From positions 52,266,001-52,330,000 of the forward strand of contig NW_027266319.1 of the NCBI RefSeq assembly GCF_022045235.1: a DNA stretch of 64,000 bases, written 5' to 3'. Origin of the DNA: Haliotis cracherodii. Lineage: Eukaryota. The translations under genes were made by a program, and so were the position numbers. Positions 51,995 through 64,000 of this stretch are shown in pieces; position 1 is the stretch's first letter; each line of letters begins with the position of its first letter. The notes under the pieces were generated by a model that saw nothing but the letters and a program-made list of their open reading frames with translations, had not been told where the DNA came from and did no database searches.

Positions 51995-53079
51995 GGTCCA
52001 CGCCTCATATGATCTATGTTGACACGACAGCCTCTCATAAGGTGACCATATTGTCCACACCTATAGCACTGGACTCCAGACTGTAGTTCAAAATCATGAG
52101 GTAGTTGTGCAGGGTTATCAGGATTACCATGATGATGTTGATAATGATATTGTCCCTTGTGTTGTGCCTGGGATGCGGTAGGAGTGAACTGATTCATCCT
52201 TGCCTCCAGATTATCAATCTTGGATGACAGCTTGTCAATGACTCCCATCAACGCTGATACTTCAGAGGTTGGTTGAAGTGAAGCCATGACCTTGGCTGGT
52301 ACAGGTTTCTTCTGTACTTCCAGTTTCCTTTGCTCCTGGTCATATTCAATTCTCCTAATAGCGACTCGGAGCTGGTCGAAATCCTGTATGGTGTCAAATT
52401 TGTGTCCTGTTGAGTCCTTCAGTTCCTGCCTGAGTCCTGACCAGAAGACTGTCCTGAGAACAGAGCTTGATCTATCCTGTTGGATGAAACCTTGTAAGAC
52501 AAGCCTGTCTAACATGTCCTCAAGTCTGCAACCCCATGTTGTAGCATCCTCCTTTTCCCCTTGGCGTGCACCATAAAACTGGGCCATAAGGACTTCACCT
52601 TGCTCCATGACTGATGGACTGAATACACTTTTCAGTTTATTAAGAACTGAAGTGAGTGATGCAGTGTGACCTAACCTCATTATGACACGGGCAGCTTCAC
52701 CCCTAAGGGCTCTCCTGAGCGCCTGTAAGATCTCCTCCTCAGAATGAGTCTTACTGCAAACGAAACTTTCAACCTCGTAGTGCCACACATCAAATGAAGT
52801 TTCACCTTTGGCCATTGGATCACCAGAAAAACAAGAAAAACGAGGTGCTTGTTTAAAACTAAACGAACTGGGCAAACTTTGGGTTGATGGAATTGCATGA
52901 TGCTCTGACTCCTCAGATTTAAACTGTGGACTACCAGTAGCGCCCTGCAACTCCTGTATTGCTACCATACCTGCTACCCAATCCCTGAGCTCGTCCTCAG
53001 TCTTACCTTTTGGTGTAACACCTAGCTTCTCAAATCCCGCAAGAAAAGAAGCCAACTCATCAGAAGATAATTGGGACAT
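51955..53079 (-). CDS. gag: Gypsy Gag (PNMA/Ma-like capsid plus CCHC zinc knuckle)
   Basis: FSG...FDVW..EV, LRGEAARV, FYGARQGEKE capsid motifs; CYRCGQYGHLMRGC knuckle; first ATG at 53079. Confidence 0.95.
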   Translation of the reverse strand: MSQLSSDELASFLAGFEKLGVTPKGKTEDELRDWVAGMVAIQELQGATGSPQFKSEESEHHAIPSTQSLPSSFSFKQAPRFSCFSGDPMAKGETSFDVWHYEVESFVCSKTHSEEEILQALRRALRGEAARVIMRLGHTASLTSVLNKLKSVFSPSVMEQGEVLMAQFYGARQGEKEDATTWGCRLEDMLDRLVLQGFIQQDRSSSVLRTVFWSGLRQELKDSTGHKFDTIQDFDQLRVAIRRIEYDQEQRKLEVQKKPVPAKVMASLQPTSEVSALMGVIDKLSSKIDNLEARMNQFTPTASQAQHKGQYHYQHHHGNPDNPAQLPHDFELQSGVQCYRCGQYGHLMRGCRVNIDHMRRGPLNGRGPMSRGRH

Positions 53080-54109
53080 GATGATAATGTAGGGATACAA
53101 TTACGAATGAATCCGAAGTGAAGGTAATAGCTTTACCTTAAATGAACACGAACACAAAAATGTAAAGCTTATAAGACCTACATGGAGAAACAATGCATAA
53201 TTAACGTAAAGGTAATCCTGTATACAACTTAAGGGTTAAGAGTTTATAGTTTAGTTTTGCTTTATCAACTATCAAGTTTACGATAGTAATGGTTTAGGTT
53301 TAGTTAGATAACAAAATTAGTTTAGTTTACCAAGTGTTGTGGGTTAGTAACATTTACCTGACAAATTAATCCATACTGTACTCATACAACTGACCACAAG
53401 ACCACACAAACAGGATAGGACAGGTGTGCTGAAAGAGGTGTAGTGCAAACCTACCTTATATAATATTAATTAACTATGTATAATATTAATTAAATGCTGA
53501 GACACAGTGACAACACAACTGAACAGTAACTTAACAATATACTCTTTTATGGTATATGCCAAGATTAGCTAAATCTTAGATAATAACACTACCTAACAGT
53601 GCAATCATTAGGTCTGTGTTCTTGCAAAAGATGTCAACTATTAAACCAAGTAATGAATCAGTTAATTACAGTAAAATGTATGAACAAAGTAGACTATCTA
53701 AAACTAATTAAACTAAACTAACTAATACAAACTAAACTAAGGGCCCATAATACTAATTATGTACAATCACCGCAGCAGAGCTCAATATGGCTGCACAAAA
53801 AAACATACCCATTCTCATGCTCACATAAACAACATGGGTGAAAAAAACAACAACACCAACATGTCTGTTAAATAATAATGGCACCAAAGAATTATCAAAA
53901 ATATGAAATACAGCTGTAAATATTAAGGATATCCTGTGTCAATAGCCTGTATACAGACGCAAGTGTCTCTGATCACAAATAGGGACAGTTCATGTACACA
54001 TATTTACACATGTTCACTTGATAATAGTGTCGGGCACAACTTCATACACTATCACTGCAGGGGCTGCTGCTGATGTTCCTCTCACTCTCCTGGCTCCATT
54101 GAAAATCAA

Positions 54110-54128
54110 GATCCCACCGGGGATGCCA
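54110..54128 (-). promoter_or_regulatory. Primer binding site
   Basis: TGGCATCCCCGGTGGGATC one base inside the 5' LTR, complementary to a tRNA 3' end with CCA; most similar to tRNA-Asn from memory. Confidence 0.85.
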
Positions 54129-54129
54129 T

Positions 54130-55215
54130 TGTAACAGCGGTACTCTGGTCCTCTCAAAGATAAGAGAGTACTTGTTGGGTTCAAGGGATTTATTTTCAAT
54201 GGGCGTAGAGAACTACACGGTAGTCCGGATCTGCCCTAAAACATACATAACTTGATATAAATATCATGGGTATCATTATAAAGGCACTATATAACAACAA
54301 TACTAATTATACATTTCAATCTATAATTCCTTACTTTTGGCATATATATATATTAACAAATCCTTCCACATAAAACAAATTACACTCTATATATATATAC
54401 AATTAATAATGCATAATTAATAAAACATAAATAGCATACCTCGTCTCAGGGACGCAGGCTGGAAACTCTCTTATGGAGACGTGCAGTGAAATAGCCCTGC
54501 ACAAATAAGTATACTACATATAAGTACATGTATACTACTTATAAATATATCACATAGCCACAGTTACACTAGCATGTATGGAATACGAGCATTATAAATT
54601 CTACAAAATACTATACATATATACATGATACATATACATATATCACTTCTAACCAATTTAAACCTATTTTATATATAAATGTACATTTGGCTATTACCTC
54701 AGTCAAATACACAGTTAAGTTGAATAAAGAATACATTACAATGTCATAATACAATGCTAGCTAAAATACTATATCCAACAACCATGATTAAAATACATAA
54801 CCTAAGCTCCCAGATAAATAAAGTAATAATTAAATGAACTTACCCTATATGATTCAGTGTAGAGAACGTGTTGAGAAAATAGGTGTTGACTGACCAGTAG
54901 AAGTGTGATCAGTGTCCCCACATAATTGCAGAGAACATGCAACAAAGCTAGATCACAAAGAGCACCTAATCACAGGCCAAGCCTGTGACCAACCCATTGA
55001 CAATAGCCAAGAAAGAAATGTCTGAACTACCCAAGCTATATACAGAACTAGCTTACCTGTGAATTAGTAGATTTGTGCAAGTGCTGAAGTTAACACAAGT
55101 ATTTAGGAACATAAATGTTAAATATTTAGGTTAGCTTATTAATTTAATTCATGTTTGGTTACTATGATGATACTTTAAAATCTAACAATATTCTATTTAC
55201 AAGCATACTGCTACA
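54130..55215 (-). repeat. 5' LTR (1086 bp), followed by an extra TGCTACA (55216-55222)
   Basis: Matches the 3' LTR apart from one C/T difference seen by eye (47045 vs 54736). Confidence 0.98.
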
Positions 55216-58200
55216 TGCTACAAATGTATACAAGTAAATATTTAATAAACTTTTACTTCACTTCCTCACAGTGTTGAGTTACATATCGTTTAGAAAATAT
55301 CTTGAAATTAGCATATAATATCAAAAACTGAACTGTACTGACGCTTAGTCAACACTCAAAGAATAACTTTTTTTAAATAAAATGTGATTAAAACAGCATT
55401 TTAAAAACTCTAAAACAGTTTGCATTATACACAACGGCTGATAGCTATATTGGACATTTTATCTTTGAAACTTCATCAATTCGACTTTTTTTCTGCACAA
55501 ATTTACATTTCGAACATGCTTGGGGTCATGTGTTTGTAAATTAATTTCTTACCCCAGTATTCTTTTAACCGATTTCTTTTAACACAAAATTACGACCCAC
55601 TGAAGAAGGCTGGACTCAACTTCTTCTTCCCTTTCAATCTGAGGTTATTCCACCGTATATCATCATATCAACGACTTGCCTTTTTTCTAGTCTTCATTTT
55701 GTTCAGATTTCCTAATCATGTTCTGAGAATTATGTCAGCAGAAGGTACAGGCCATTTGTTAAATAGGTTCTTCAGTGTTTGTCGTACACCAACTGCAATA
55801 GAGTGAATGCGTTTGGTTCAACGCCGCTATGAGAGGAAAGCCCAAAGTGATGCAGGATTTAGACATTTACCAGTGTTGTGAAACGGCGATCATGGGTATG
55901 GTGCTGACAAACTTCAAAACATAATCAGGGCGAACAGGAATTAGAAGTCACCATCATAGGTTCCTTGAGTGCCCAAGGGCCGCAACTCAACACAGTGACC
56001 TCGTATGCGACAGTTATTTCCAGACTTCACCATTGCGCACTTCGTGTTCTTAAGCATCATGTTCCTGGTAATGAAAAACCCCTGTTGTGTTGCAGACAGA
56101 ACAGTCAATCACATTACCGCACATACAACTTCTTTGTAAGTCAAGGAGCATCTCGTTCCATCTAAATCATGCAAAGGGTTTTGTTCACATACACGACTCA
56201 ATCTTTCAAAAACACAATAAACTGACATTATTTTTGAAAAAATAATGACAAAATCGCATTGTAAAATGAAACGACTGGATTTATTTTGACAAAAGCCAAA
56301 ACCTTATTACAATCTATCGACCTGTTCGGCCTGAAAAAAACTTATTGTCAAAGCAAACTCTGAACTTTTGGTTTGAATATTCGTTTTTGCCAAAGCCTTT
56401 TGTTTTCTTATGACGATAATGATCAAAGGCAAGGATGTCAAAACTAAACTCCGAGCATCGCTGGGCGTCTTTTCGAGGAATCCTTTAAGAAAAAGCTATG
56501 ATGCTTTATAGTGTAATTGATTATGGCAGCGCACATCTCCCGTTTGGCAATCTGAAGCACAATTACATAGCCGCCTGTTTGAGGATTACGTCGTTCCATG
56601 CCAATTACTGAATAAATTACAGGTTTTTCTAAGCAAATACGCTCCTTTGAGAGTAATTACTGTTTCCTGCGCGTACATGTGCCAGCCCCAGTGGACGCTG
56701 CGTACCTCTAGTCTGGTTCTATGTCCACTCTGCGCAAAATTCCTGCGTCATTTGCAACCGAATGCGATCTTGTTTAACGATCCGAGTTCTTTCATCTGTA
56801 TGTTTCGCCTATTCTTGTTACTTGTAGTTTTTGTGCGTATATTTACAATACGTATGATTACAGGATTGTGTCGAATCCAGTTAAGACACGCTATAATAGT
56901 TGCAGGGTGAGACCCCCTTGGTATCGTGTACAAACAACTTGGAGTAATTGTTGAGCTTGACCAGGGTATCATTGTTTGAATGTCTTTCAGTTACCATGGA
57001 GTCTCGTGTTGAGGTACGCAGCGATGATTATATCGTAGTGACTACATGCAGCCTAGAGTTGATGCCATCTTAATCAAGACATAAATGAAACGTGTTTCGT
57101 ATTTCTATGGGCGATTCCTAATTTGCATCGTAATTAAATTACTATTACTAGATCAGTTAGCACTATAACCGTGGTCTTGGGTTTCATCCAAGTAGTAAAC
57201 GTCTTACATCCATACCACTTCATGTTGTTCCGCTTTGCCGTGATATGCTGAAATGATCTTCAGAGCTGCGCTAAACAAAACTCAGTGGACAGTGGAATGT
57301 CGGTGGTTCGATCCCCTAGCCGCGTCATACTATGAGACGCTAAAAGATGGTACTTGTTGTTTACCTACCTTGCGTTCGGCATTAAAGTGATAAAACATAT
57401 ACAAGTCAGCATACAGTGTCTGAGTGGGGTATAAATGTTAAACTGTAGCATGGCATCTCAGTGAGCTGGCACTATAACTACGGACTAGTATAAACAGTTA
57501 TATACACACACACGCAGACTTGCACTTCGCTGTAGAAGTGCAATAATCTGGAACGTGATCTTAAACCCTTTCAGATGACGCTTTTAGGTCACCTAACGTT
57601 TATTTTTTGATAAGCCGTGAACTTTACCTTGAGAAATGCCATCCTTTCAATGATGCTCTTGTAATCAATATGCCACTTTGACTTTCACCATCTTCATCCT
57701 ATTTAGCTTAATGTTGCATTAACCAAATGATAACTCCACAAACGAAAGCTAAAGTTCCCAAGCACACTACCAAAAACATTACTGATTCATCAGCTTTGAG
57801 CTGGAACTTTTATGTTTTGCGTAGGTTGAAGTCTAATAGAGCTTTATGTACGTACAGAACAAAATAGCGGTGTGTTAGTTGGTACCCATCTCAATCATAA
57901 CCGATCCTTTGATCAACGATTTTACTGCAATCGGTTTATGACAGTGGCTACTTTGGGGAAGGTAATACAGGTTGCTCTCTGGTAGTTGGTTTCGTGTTTA
58001 GCTCGTCTGTGTCAAGAATCCTGTTCCACGTTATATTACAACGCAGCTGGGGTTGGGGTTAGCTGTTGTCACTGGCAATAAATAGATCAGAGATTTAATG
58101 GCCCTGTCATTCTTCTACCTGGGCGGCCGGACTGGTAGGCACCAACGGTTCCCATCACCGTCAACCAATGAGATTCTGATGCAATGTTAAATGGTATTTT

Positions 58201-60822
58201 CAACTTTCTAACTCTTCTAAAGGCTTGTTACGCTGTTAGTTGATACGGCCAATAATTGTCTAACTTAATGAGAAATCGATGCCTGTTAATGCAGGTGAGT
58301 GTTATGTAAGATGCAGAATTAATCCGTGTTTGATGTATTGTACTCAGTGCATTCGGAAGCACCAGTGTCATTCAGGGACAGTCGGAGGATTGCAAGGATC
58401 TTACGGAAACATGCCGCGATGATGAATGGTGTAATTACTGCGGTCATTTTGGCATTTGATACAGTGGACACAAGCACGTTTGTGTTCTATATATATGCCA
58501 ACGTATATCAGCTATTTCATTGAAGCTGACTGATGAGATAATCAAGCGAACGTCATGCAGATTTTACAATGTCTGGTTCCGTGAATAACTAGATTGTGGC
58601 TGATGTGTTGCGGACAAGGAAATCACACTAATGTAAACAATTCCAGCCTTTTCATGCCGTCACGAAAGGTACTGTACTTGAATTAAATGTGAAAGTATCA
58701 CCAGTATTGAGTACGCCTTCTTTTAAGATATATTTTGATATATGTGTAAAAAGAATCGTGTTTCTATTACAGTGACGTAATTGTACACTGTTTTGACAAT
58801 GTATACAAGTACATATTTAATAAACTTTTACTTCACTTCCTCACAGTGTTGAGTTACATATCGTTTAGAAAATAATTAGCATATAATATCCAAAAACTGA
58901 ACTGTACTGACGCTTAGTCAACACTCAAAGAATAACTTTTTTTTAAAAAAAAATGTGATTAAAACAGCATTTTAAAAACTCTAAAACAGTTTGGATTATA
59001 CACAACGGCTGATAGCATTTTATCTTTGAAAATTCATCAATTCGACTTTTTTCAGCACAAATTTACATTTCGAACATGCTTGGGGTCATGTATTTGTAAA
59101 TTAATTTCTTACCCCAGTCTTCTTTGAACCGATTTCTTTAAACACAGAATTACGACCCACCGAAGAAGGCTGGACTCAACTTCTTCTTCCCTTTCAATCT
59201 GAGGTTATTCCACCGTATATCAACATATCAACGACTTGCCTTTTTTCTAGTCTTCATTTTGTTCAGAGTTCCTAATCATGTTCTGAGAATTATGTCAGCA
59301 GAAGGTATAGGCCATTTGTTAAATAGGTTCTTCAGTGTTTGACGTACATCAACTGCAATAGAGTGAATGCGTTTGTTTTTTCAACGCCGCTGTGAGAGGA
59401 AAGCCCAAAGTTATAGAGGATTTAGACATTTACCAGTGTTGGGAAACGGACATGGGTTTGGTGCTGACAAACCTCAAAACATAATCAGGGCGAACAGGGA
59501 TTAGAACTCACCATCATAGGTTCCTTGAGTGCCCAAGGGCCGCAACTCAACACAGTGACCTCGTATGCGACAGTTATTTCCAGACTTCACCATTGCGCAC
59601 TTCGTGTTCTTAAGCATCATGTTCCTGGTGATGAAAAACCCCTGTTGTGTTGCAGACAGAACAGTCAATCACATTACCGCACATACATCTTCTTTGTAAG
59701 TCAAGGAGCATCTCGTTCCATCTAAATCATGCAAAGGGTTTTGTTCACAAACACGACTCAATCTTTCAAAAACACAATAAACTGACATTATTTTTGAAAA
59801 AATAATGACAAAATCGCATTGTAAAATGAAACGACTGGATTTATTTTGACAAAAGCCAAAACCTTATTACAATCTATCGACCTGTTCGGCCTGAAAAAAA
59901 CTTATCGTCAAAGCAAACTCTGAACTTATGGTTTTAATATTCGTTTTTGCCAAAGCCTTTTGTTTTCTTATGAAGATAATGATCAAAGGCAAGGATGTCA
60001 AAACTAAACTCCGAGCATCGCTGGGCGTCTTTCCGAGGAATCCTTTAAGAAAAAGCTATGATGCTGTATAGTGTAATTGATTATGGCAGCGCACATCTCC
60101 CGTTTGGCAATCTGAAGCACAATTACATTGCCGCCTGTTTGAGGATTACGTCGTTCCATGCCAATTACTGAATAAATTACAGGTTTTTCTAAGCAAATAC
60201 GCTCCTTTGAGAGTAATTACTGTTTCCTGCGCGTACATGTGCCAGCCCCAGTGGACGCTGCGTACCTCTAGTCTGGTTCTATGTCCACTCTGCGCAAAAT
60301 TCCTGCGTCATCTGCAAACGAATGCGATCTTGTTTAACGATCTGAGTTCTTTCATCTGTATGTTTCGCCTATTCTTGTTACTTGTAGTGTGTTTTTTTTG
60401 CGTATATTTACAATACGTATGATTACAGGATTATGTCCAATCCAACTAAAACACGAAATAATAGTTGCAGGGTGAGACCCCCTTGGTATCGTGTACGAAC
60501 ATCTTTAAGCAGTTGTTGAGCTTGACCAGGGTATCATTGTTTGAATGTCTTTCAGTTACCATGGAGTCTCGTGTTGGGGGTACGCAGCGATGATTATATC
60601 GTAGTGACTACATGCAGCCTAGAGTTGATGTCATCTTAATTAAGACATAAATAAAACGTATTTCGTATTTCTATGGGCGATTCCTAATTTGCATCGTAAT
60701 TAAATTACTATTACTAGATCAGTTAGCACTATACCCGTGGTCTTGGGTTTCATCCAAGTAGTAAACGTCTTACATCCATACCACTTCATGTTGTTCAGAT
60801 GACGCTTTTAGATCACCTAACG

Positions 60823-63260
60823 TTTATTCTTTGATAAGCCATGAACTTTACCTTGAGAAATGCCATCCTTTCAATGATGCTCTTGTAATCAACATGCCAC
60901 TTTGACTTTCACCATCTTAATCCTATTAAGCTAAATGTTGCATTAACCAAATGACAACTCCACAAACGAATGCTAATGTTCCCAAGCACACTACCAAAAA
61001 CACGACTGATTCATCAACTTTGAGCTGGCACTTTTATGTTTTGCGTAGGTTGAAGTCTAATAGAGCGTTATGTACGTACAGAACAAAATAGCCGTATGTT
61101 AGTTGATACCCATCTCAATCATAACCAATCCTTTGATCAACGATTTTACTGCAATCGGTTTATGACAGTGGCTACTTTGGGGAAGGTAATACAGGTTGCC
61201 CTCTGGTAGTTGGTTTCGTGTTTAGCTCGTCTGTGTCAAGAATCCTGTTCCACTTATATTACAACGCAGCTGGGGTTGGGGTTAGCTGTTGTCACTGGCA
61301 ATAAATAGATCAGATATTTAATGGCCCTGTCATTCTTCTACCTGGGTGGCCCGACTGGTAGGCACCAACGGTTCCCATCACCGTCAACCAATGAGATTCT
61401 GATGCAATGTTAAATCATGGTATTTTCAACTCTCTAACTCTTCTAAAGGCTTGTTACGCTGTTAGTTGATACGGCCAATAATTGTCTAACTTAATGAGAA
61501 ATCGATGCCTGTTAATGCAGGTGTGTGTTATGTAAGATGCAGAATTAATCCGTGTTTGGTGTATTGTACTCAGTGCATGCGGAAGCACCAGTGTCATTCA
61601 GGGACAATCGGAGTACTGCGAAGATCTTACGGAAACATGCCTCGATGATGAATGGTGTAATTACTGCGGTCATTTTGGCATTTGATACAGTGGACACAAG
61701 CACGTTTGTGTTCTATATATATGCCAACGTATATCAGGCTATTTCACTGAAGCTGACAAAGAAGCTAATCAAGCGAACGTCACGCGGATTTTACAATGTC
61801 TGGTTCCGTGAATAACTAGATTGTGGCTGATGTGTTGCGGACAAGGAAATCACACTAATGTAAACAATTTCAGCCTTTTCATGCCGTCACGAAAGGTACA
61901 GTACTTGAATTAAATGTGAAAGTATCACCAGTATTGAGTATGCCTTCTTTTAAGATATATTTTGATATATATGTTAAAAGAATCGTGTTTCTATTACAGT
62001 GACATAATTGTACACTGTTTTGACAATGTATACAAGTACATATTTAATAAACTTTTACTTCACTTCCTCACAGTGTGGAGTTACATATCGTTTAGAAAAT
62101 ATCTTAAAATTAGCATATAATATCCAAAAACTGAACTGTACTGACGCTTAGTCAACACTCAAAAAATAACTTTTTTGAATAAAATTTGATTAAAACAGCA
62201 TTTAAAAAACTCTAAAACAGTTTGCATTATACACAGCGGCTGAAAGTATATTGGACATTTTATCTTTGAAACTTCATCAATTCGACTTTTTTTCAGCACA
62301 AATTAACATTTCGAACATGCTTGGGGTCATGTGTTTGTAAATTAATTTCTTACCCCAGTCTTCTTTGAACCGATTTCTTTTAACACAAAATTACGACCCA
62401 CTGAAGAAGGCTGGACTCAACTTCTTCTTCCCTTTCAATCTGAGGTTATTCCACCGTATATCATCATATACGGGAATTATGTCAGCAGAAGGTATAGGCC
62501 ATTTGTTAAATAGGTTCTTCTGTGTTTTTCGTACACCAACTGCATTAGAGTGAATGCGTTTGGTTCAACGCCGCTATGAGAGGAAAGCCCAAAGTTATAG
62601 AGGATTTAGACATTTACCAGTGTTGTGAAACGTGCATGGGTATGGTGCTGACGAACCTCAAATCATAATCAGGGCGAACAGGAATTAGAACTCACCATCA
62701 TAGGTTCCTTGAGTGCCCAAGGGACGCAACTCAACACAGTAGCCTCGTATGCGACAGTTATTTCCAGACTTCACCATTTCATGTTCTTAAGCATCATGTT
62801 CCTGGTGATGAAAAACCCCTGTTGTGATGCAGACAGAACAGTCAATTACATTACCGCACATACAACTTCTTTGTAAGTCAAGGAGCATCTCGTTCCATCT
62901 AAATCATGCAAAGGGTTTTGTTCACAAATACGATTCAATGTTTCCAAAACACAATAAACTGACATTATTTTTGAAAAAATAATGACAAAATCGCATTGTA
63001 AAATGAAACGACTGGATTTATTTTGACAAAAGCCAAAACCTTATTACAATCTATCGACCTGTTCGGCCTGAAAAAAACTTATCGTCAAAGCAAACTCTGA
63101 ACTTATGGTTTTAATATTCGTTTTTGCCAAAGCCTTTTGTTTTCTTATGACGATAATGATCAAAGGCAAGGATGTCAAAACTAAACCCCGAGCATCGCTG
63201 GGCGTCTTTCCGAGGAATCCTTTAAGAAAAAGCTATGAAGCTTCATATTGTAATTGATTA
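60823..63260 (-). pseudogene. Candidate degenerate multi-exon gene in the array unit (copy 5 shown): exons 62539-62354, 61712-61631 and 61398-61338, plus 3' UTR to AATAAA
   Basis: AG/GTAAG boundaries give compatible phases (1-1, 1-2, 2-stop) and a single frame with one internal TAA. AATAAA lies at 60823-60828 on the minus strand. No protein family recognised. Confidence 0.4.
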
Positions 63261-64000
63261 TGGCAGCGCACATCTCCCGTTTGGCAATCTGAAGCACAAT
63301 TACATAGCCGCCTGTTTGAGGATTACGTCGTTCCATGCCAATTACTGAATAAATTACAGGTTTTTCTAAGCAAATACGCTCCTTTGAGAGTAATTACTGT
63401 TTCCTGCGCGTACATGTGCCAGCCCCAGTGGACGCTGCGTACCTCTAGTCTGGTTCTCTGTCCACTCTGCGCAAAATTCCTGCTTCATCTGCAACCGAAT
63501 GCGATCTTGTTTAACGATCCGAGTTGTTTCATCTGTATGTTTCGCCTATTCTTGTTACTTGTAGTTTTTGTGCGTATATTTACAATACGTATGATTACAG
63601 GATTGTGTCGAATCCAGTTAAGACACGCTATAATAGTTGCAGGTTGAGACCCCCTTGGTATCGTGTACGAACATCTTTAAGCAGTTGTTGAGCTTGACCA
63701 GGGTATCATTGTTTGAATGTCTTTCAGTTACCATGGAGTCTCGTGTTGAAGTACGCAGCGATGGTTTTATCGTAGTGACTACATGTAGCCTAGAGTTGAT
63801 GCCATCTTAATAAAGACATAAATGAAACGTGTTTCGTATTTCTATGGGTGATTCCTAATTTGCATCGTAATTAAATTACTATTACTAGATCAGTTAGCAC
63901 TATAACCGTGGTCTTGGGTTTCATCCAAGTAGTAAACGTCTTACATCCATACCACTTCATGTTGTTCCGCTTTGCCGTGATATGCTGAAATGATCTTCAG

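Larger units (their letters stand above)
46439..55222 (-). mobile_element. Full-length Ty3/Gypsy LTR retrotransposon
   Basis: Two 1086-bp LTRs with TG...CA ends, 4-bp TSD AATG (46435-46438 and 55223-55226), PBS, PPT, and gag-PR-RT-RH-IN order. The empty site TGACAATGTATACAAG is seen in array copies 4 and 5. Confidence 0.99.
38382..64000. repeat. Tandem array (macrosatellite/segmental) of a ~3.2-3.6 kb unit, at least 5 copies, running off the window end
   Basis: Marker G(G/A)TCACCTAACGTTTATT at 38388, 41802, 45221, 57587 and 60811. Period is 3419 for copy 2; copy 3 is split by the Gypsy element. Each unit contains a decayed family A SINE and, except copy 4 (deleted) and truncated copy 5, a family D SINE. 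Confidence 0.97.

Overview
Repeat-rich animal genomic DNA. The SINE families with (ACTC)n tails suggest a gastropod mollusc, probably an abalone (inference). Nearly the whole window is intron of one plus-strand host gene, an alpha-carbonic-anhydrase-related protein (CARP X/XI, CA10-like). Only two of its exons are present, 343-390 and 37111-37250, joined in frame across a 36.7 kb intron; neither appears in the ORF track. That intron holds three decayed Tc1/mariner elements, a 4.2 kb non-autonomous DNA transposon with long TIRs (Academ-like), a 5'-truncated RNase H-bearing LINE, more than 25 SINE copies of four families, a MITE-like hairpin and five minisatellites. The next intron (37251 to window end) holds a tandem array of at least 5 copies of a ~3.2-3.6 kb unit. 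The unit is bounded by SINE copies and carries phase-compatible antisense exons with a poly(A) signal, i.e. a candidate amplified, degenerate nested gene. A very young full-length Ty3/Gypsy LTR retrotransposon (46439-55222) interrupts copy 3. All analysis was by eye; no searches were run.
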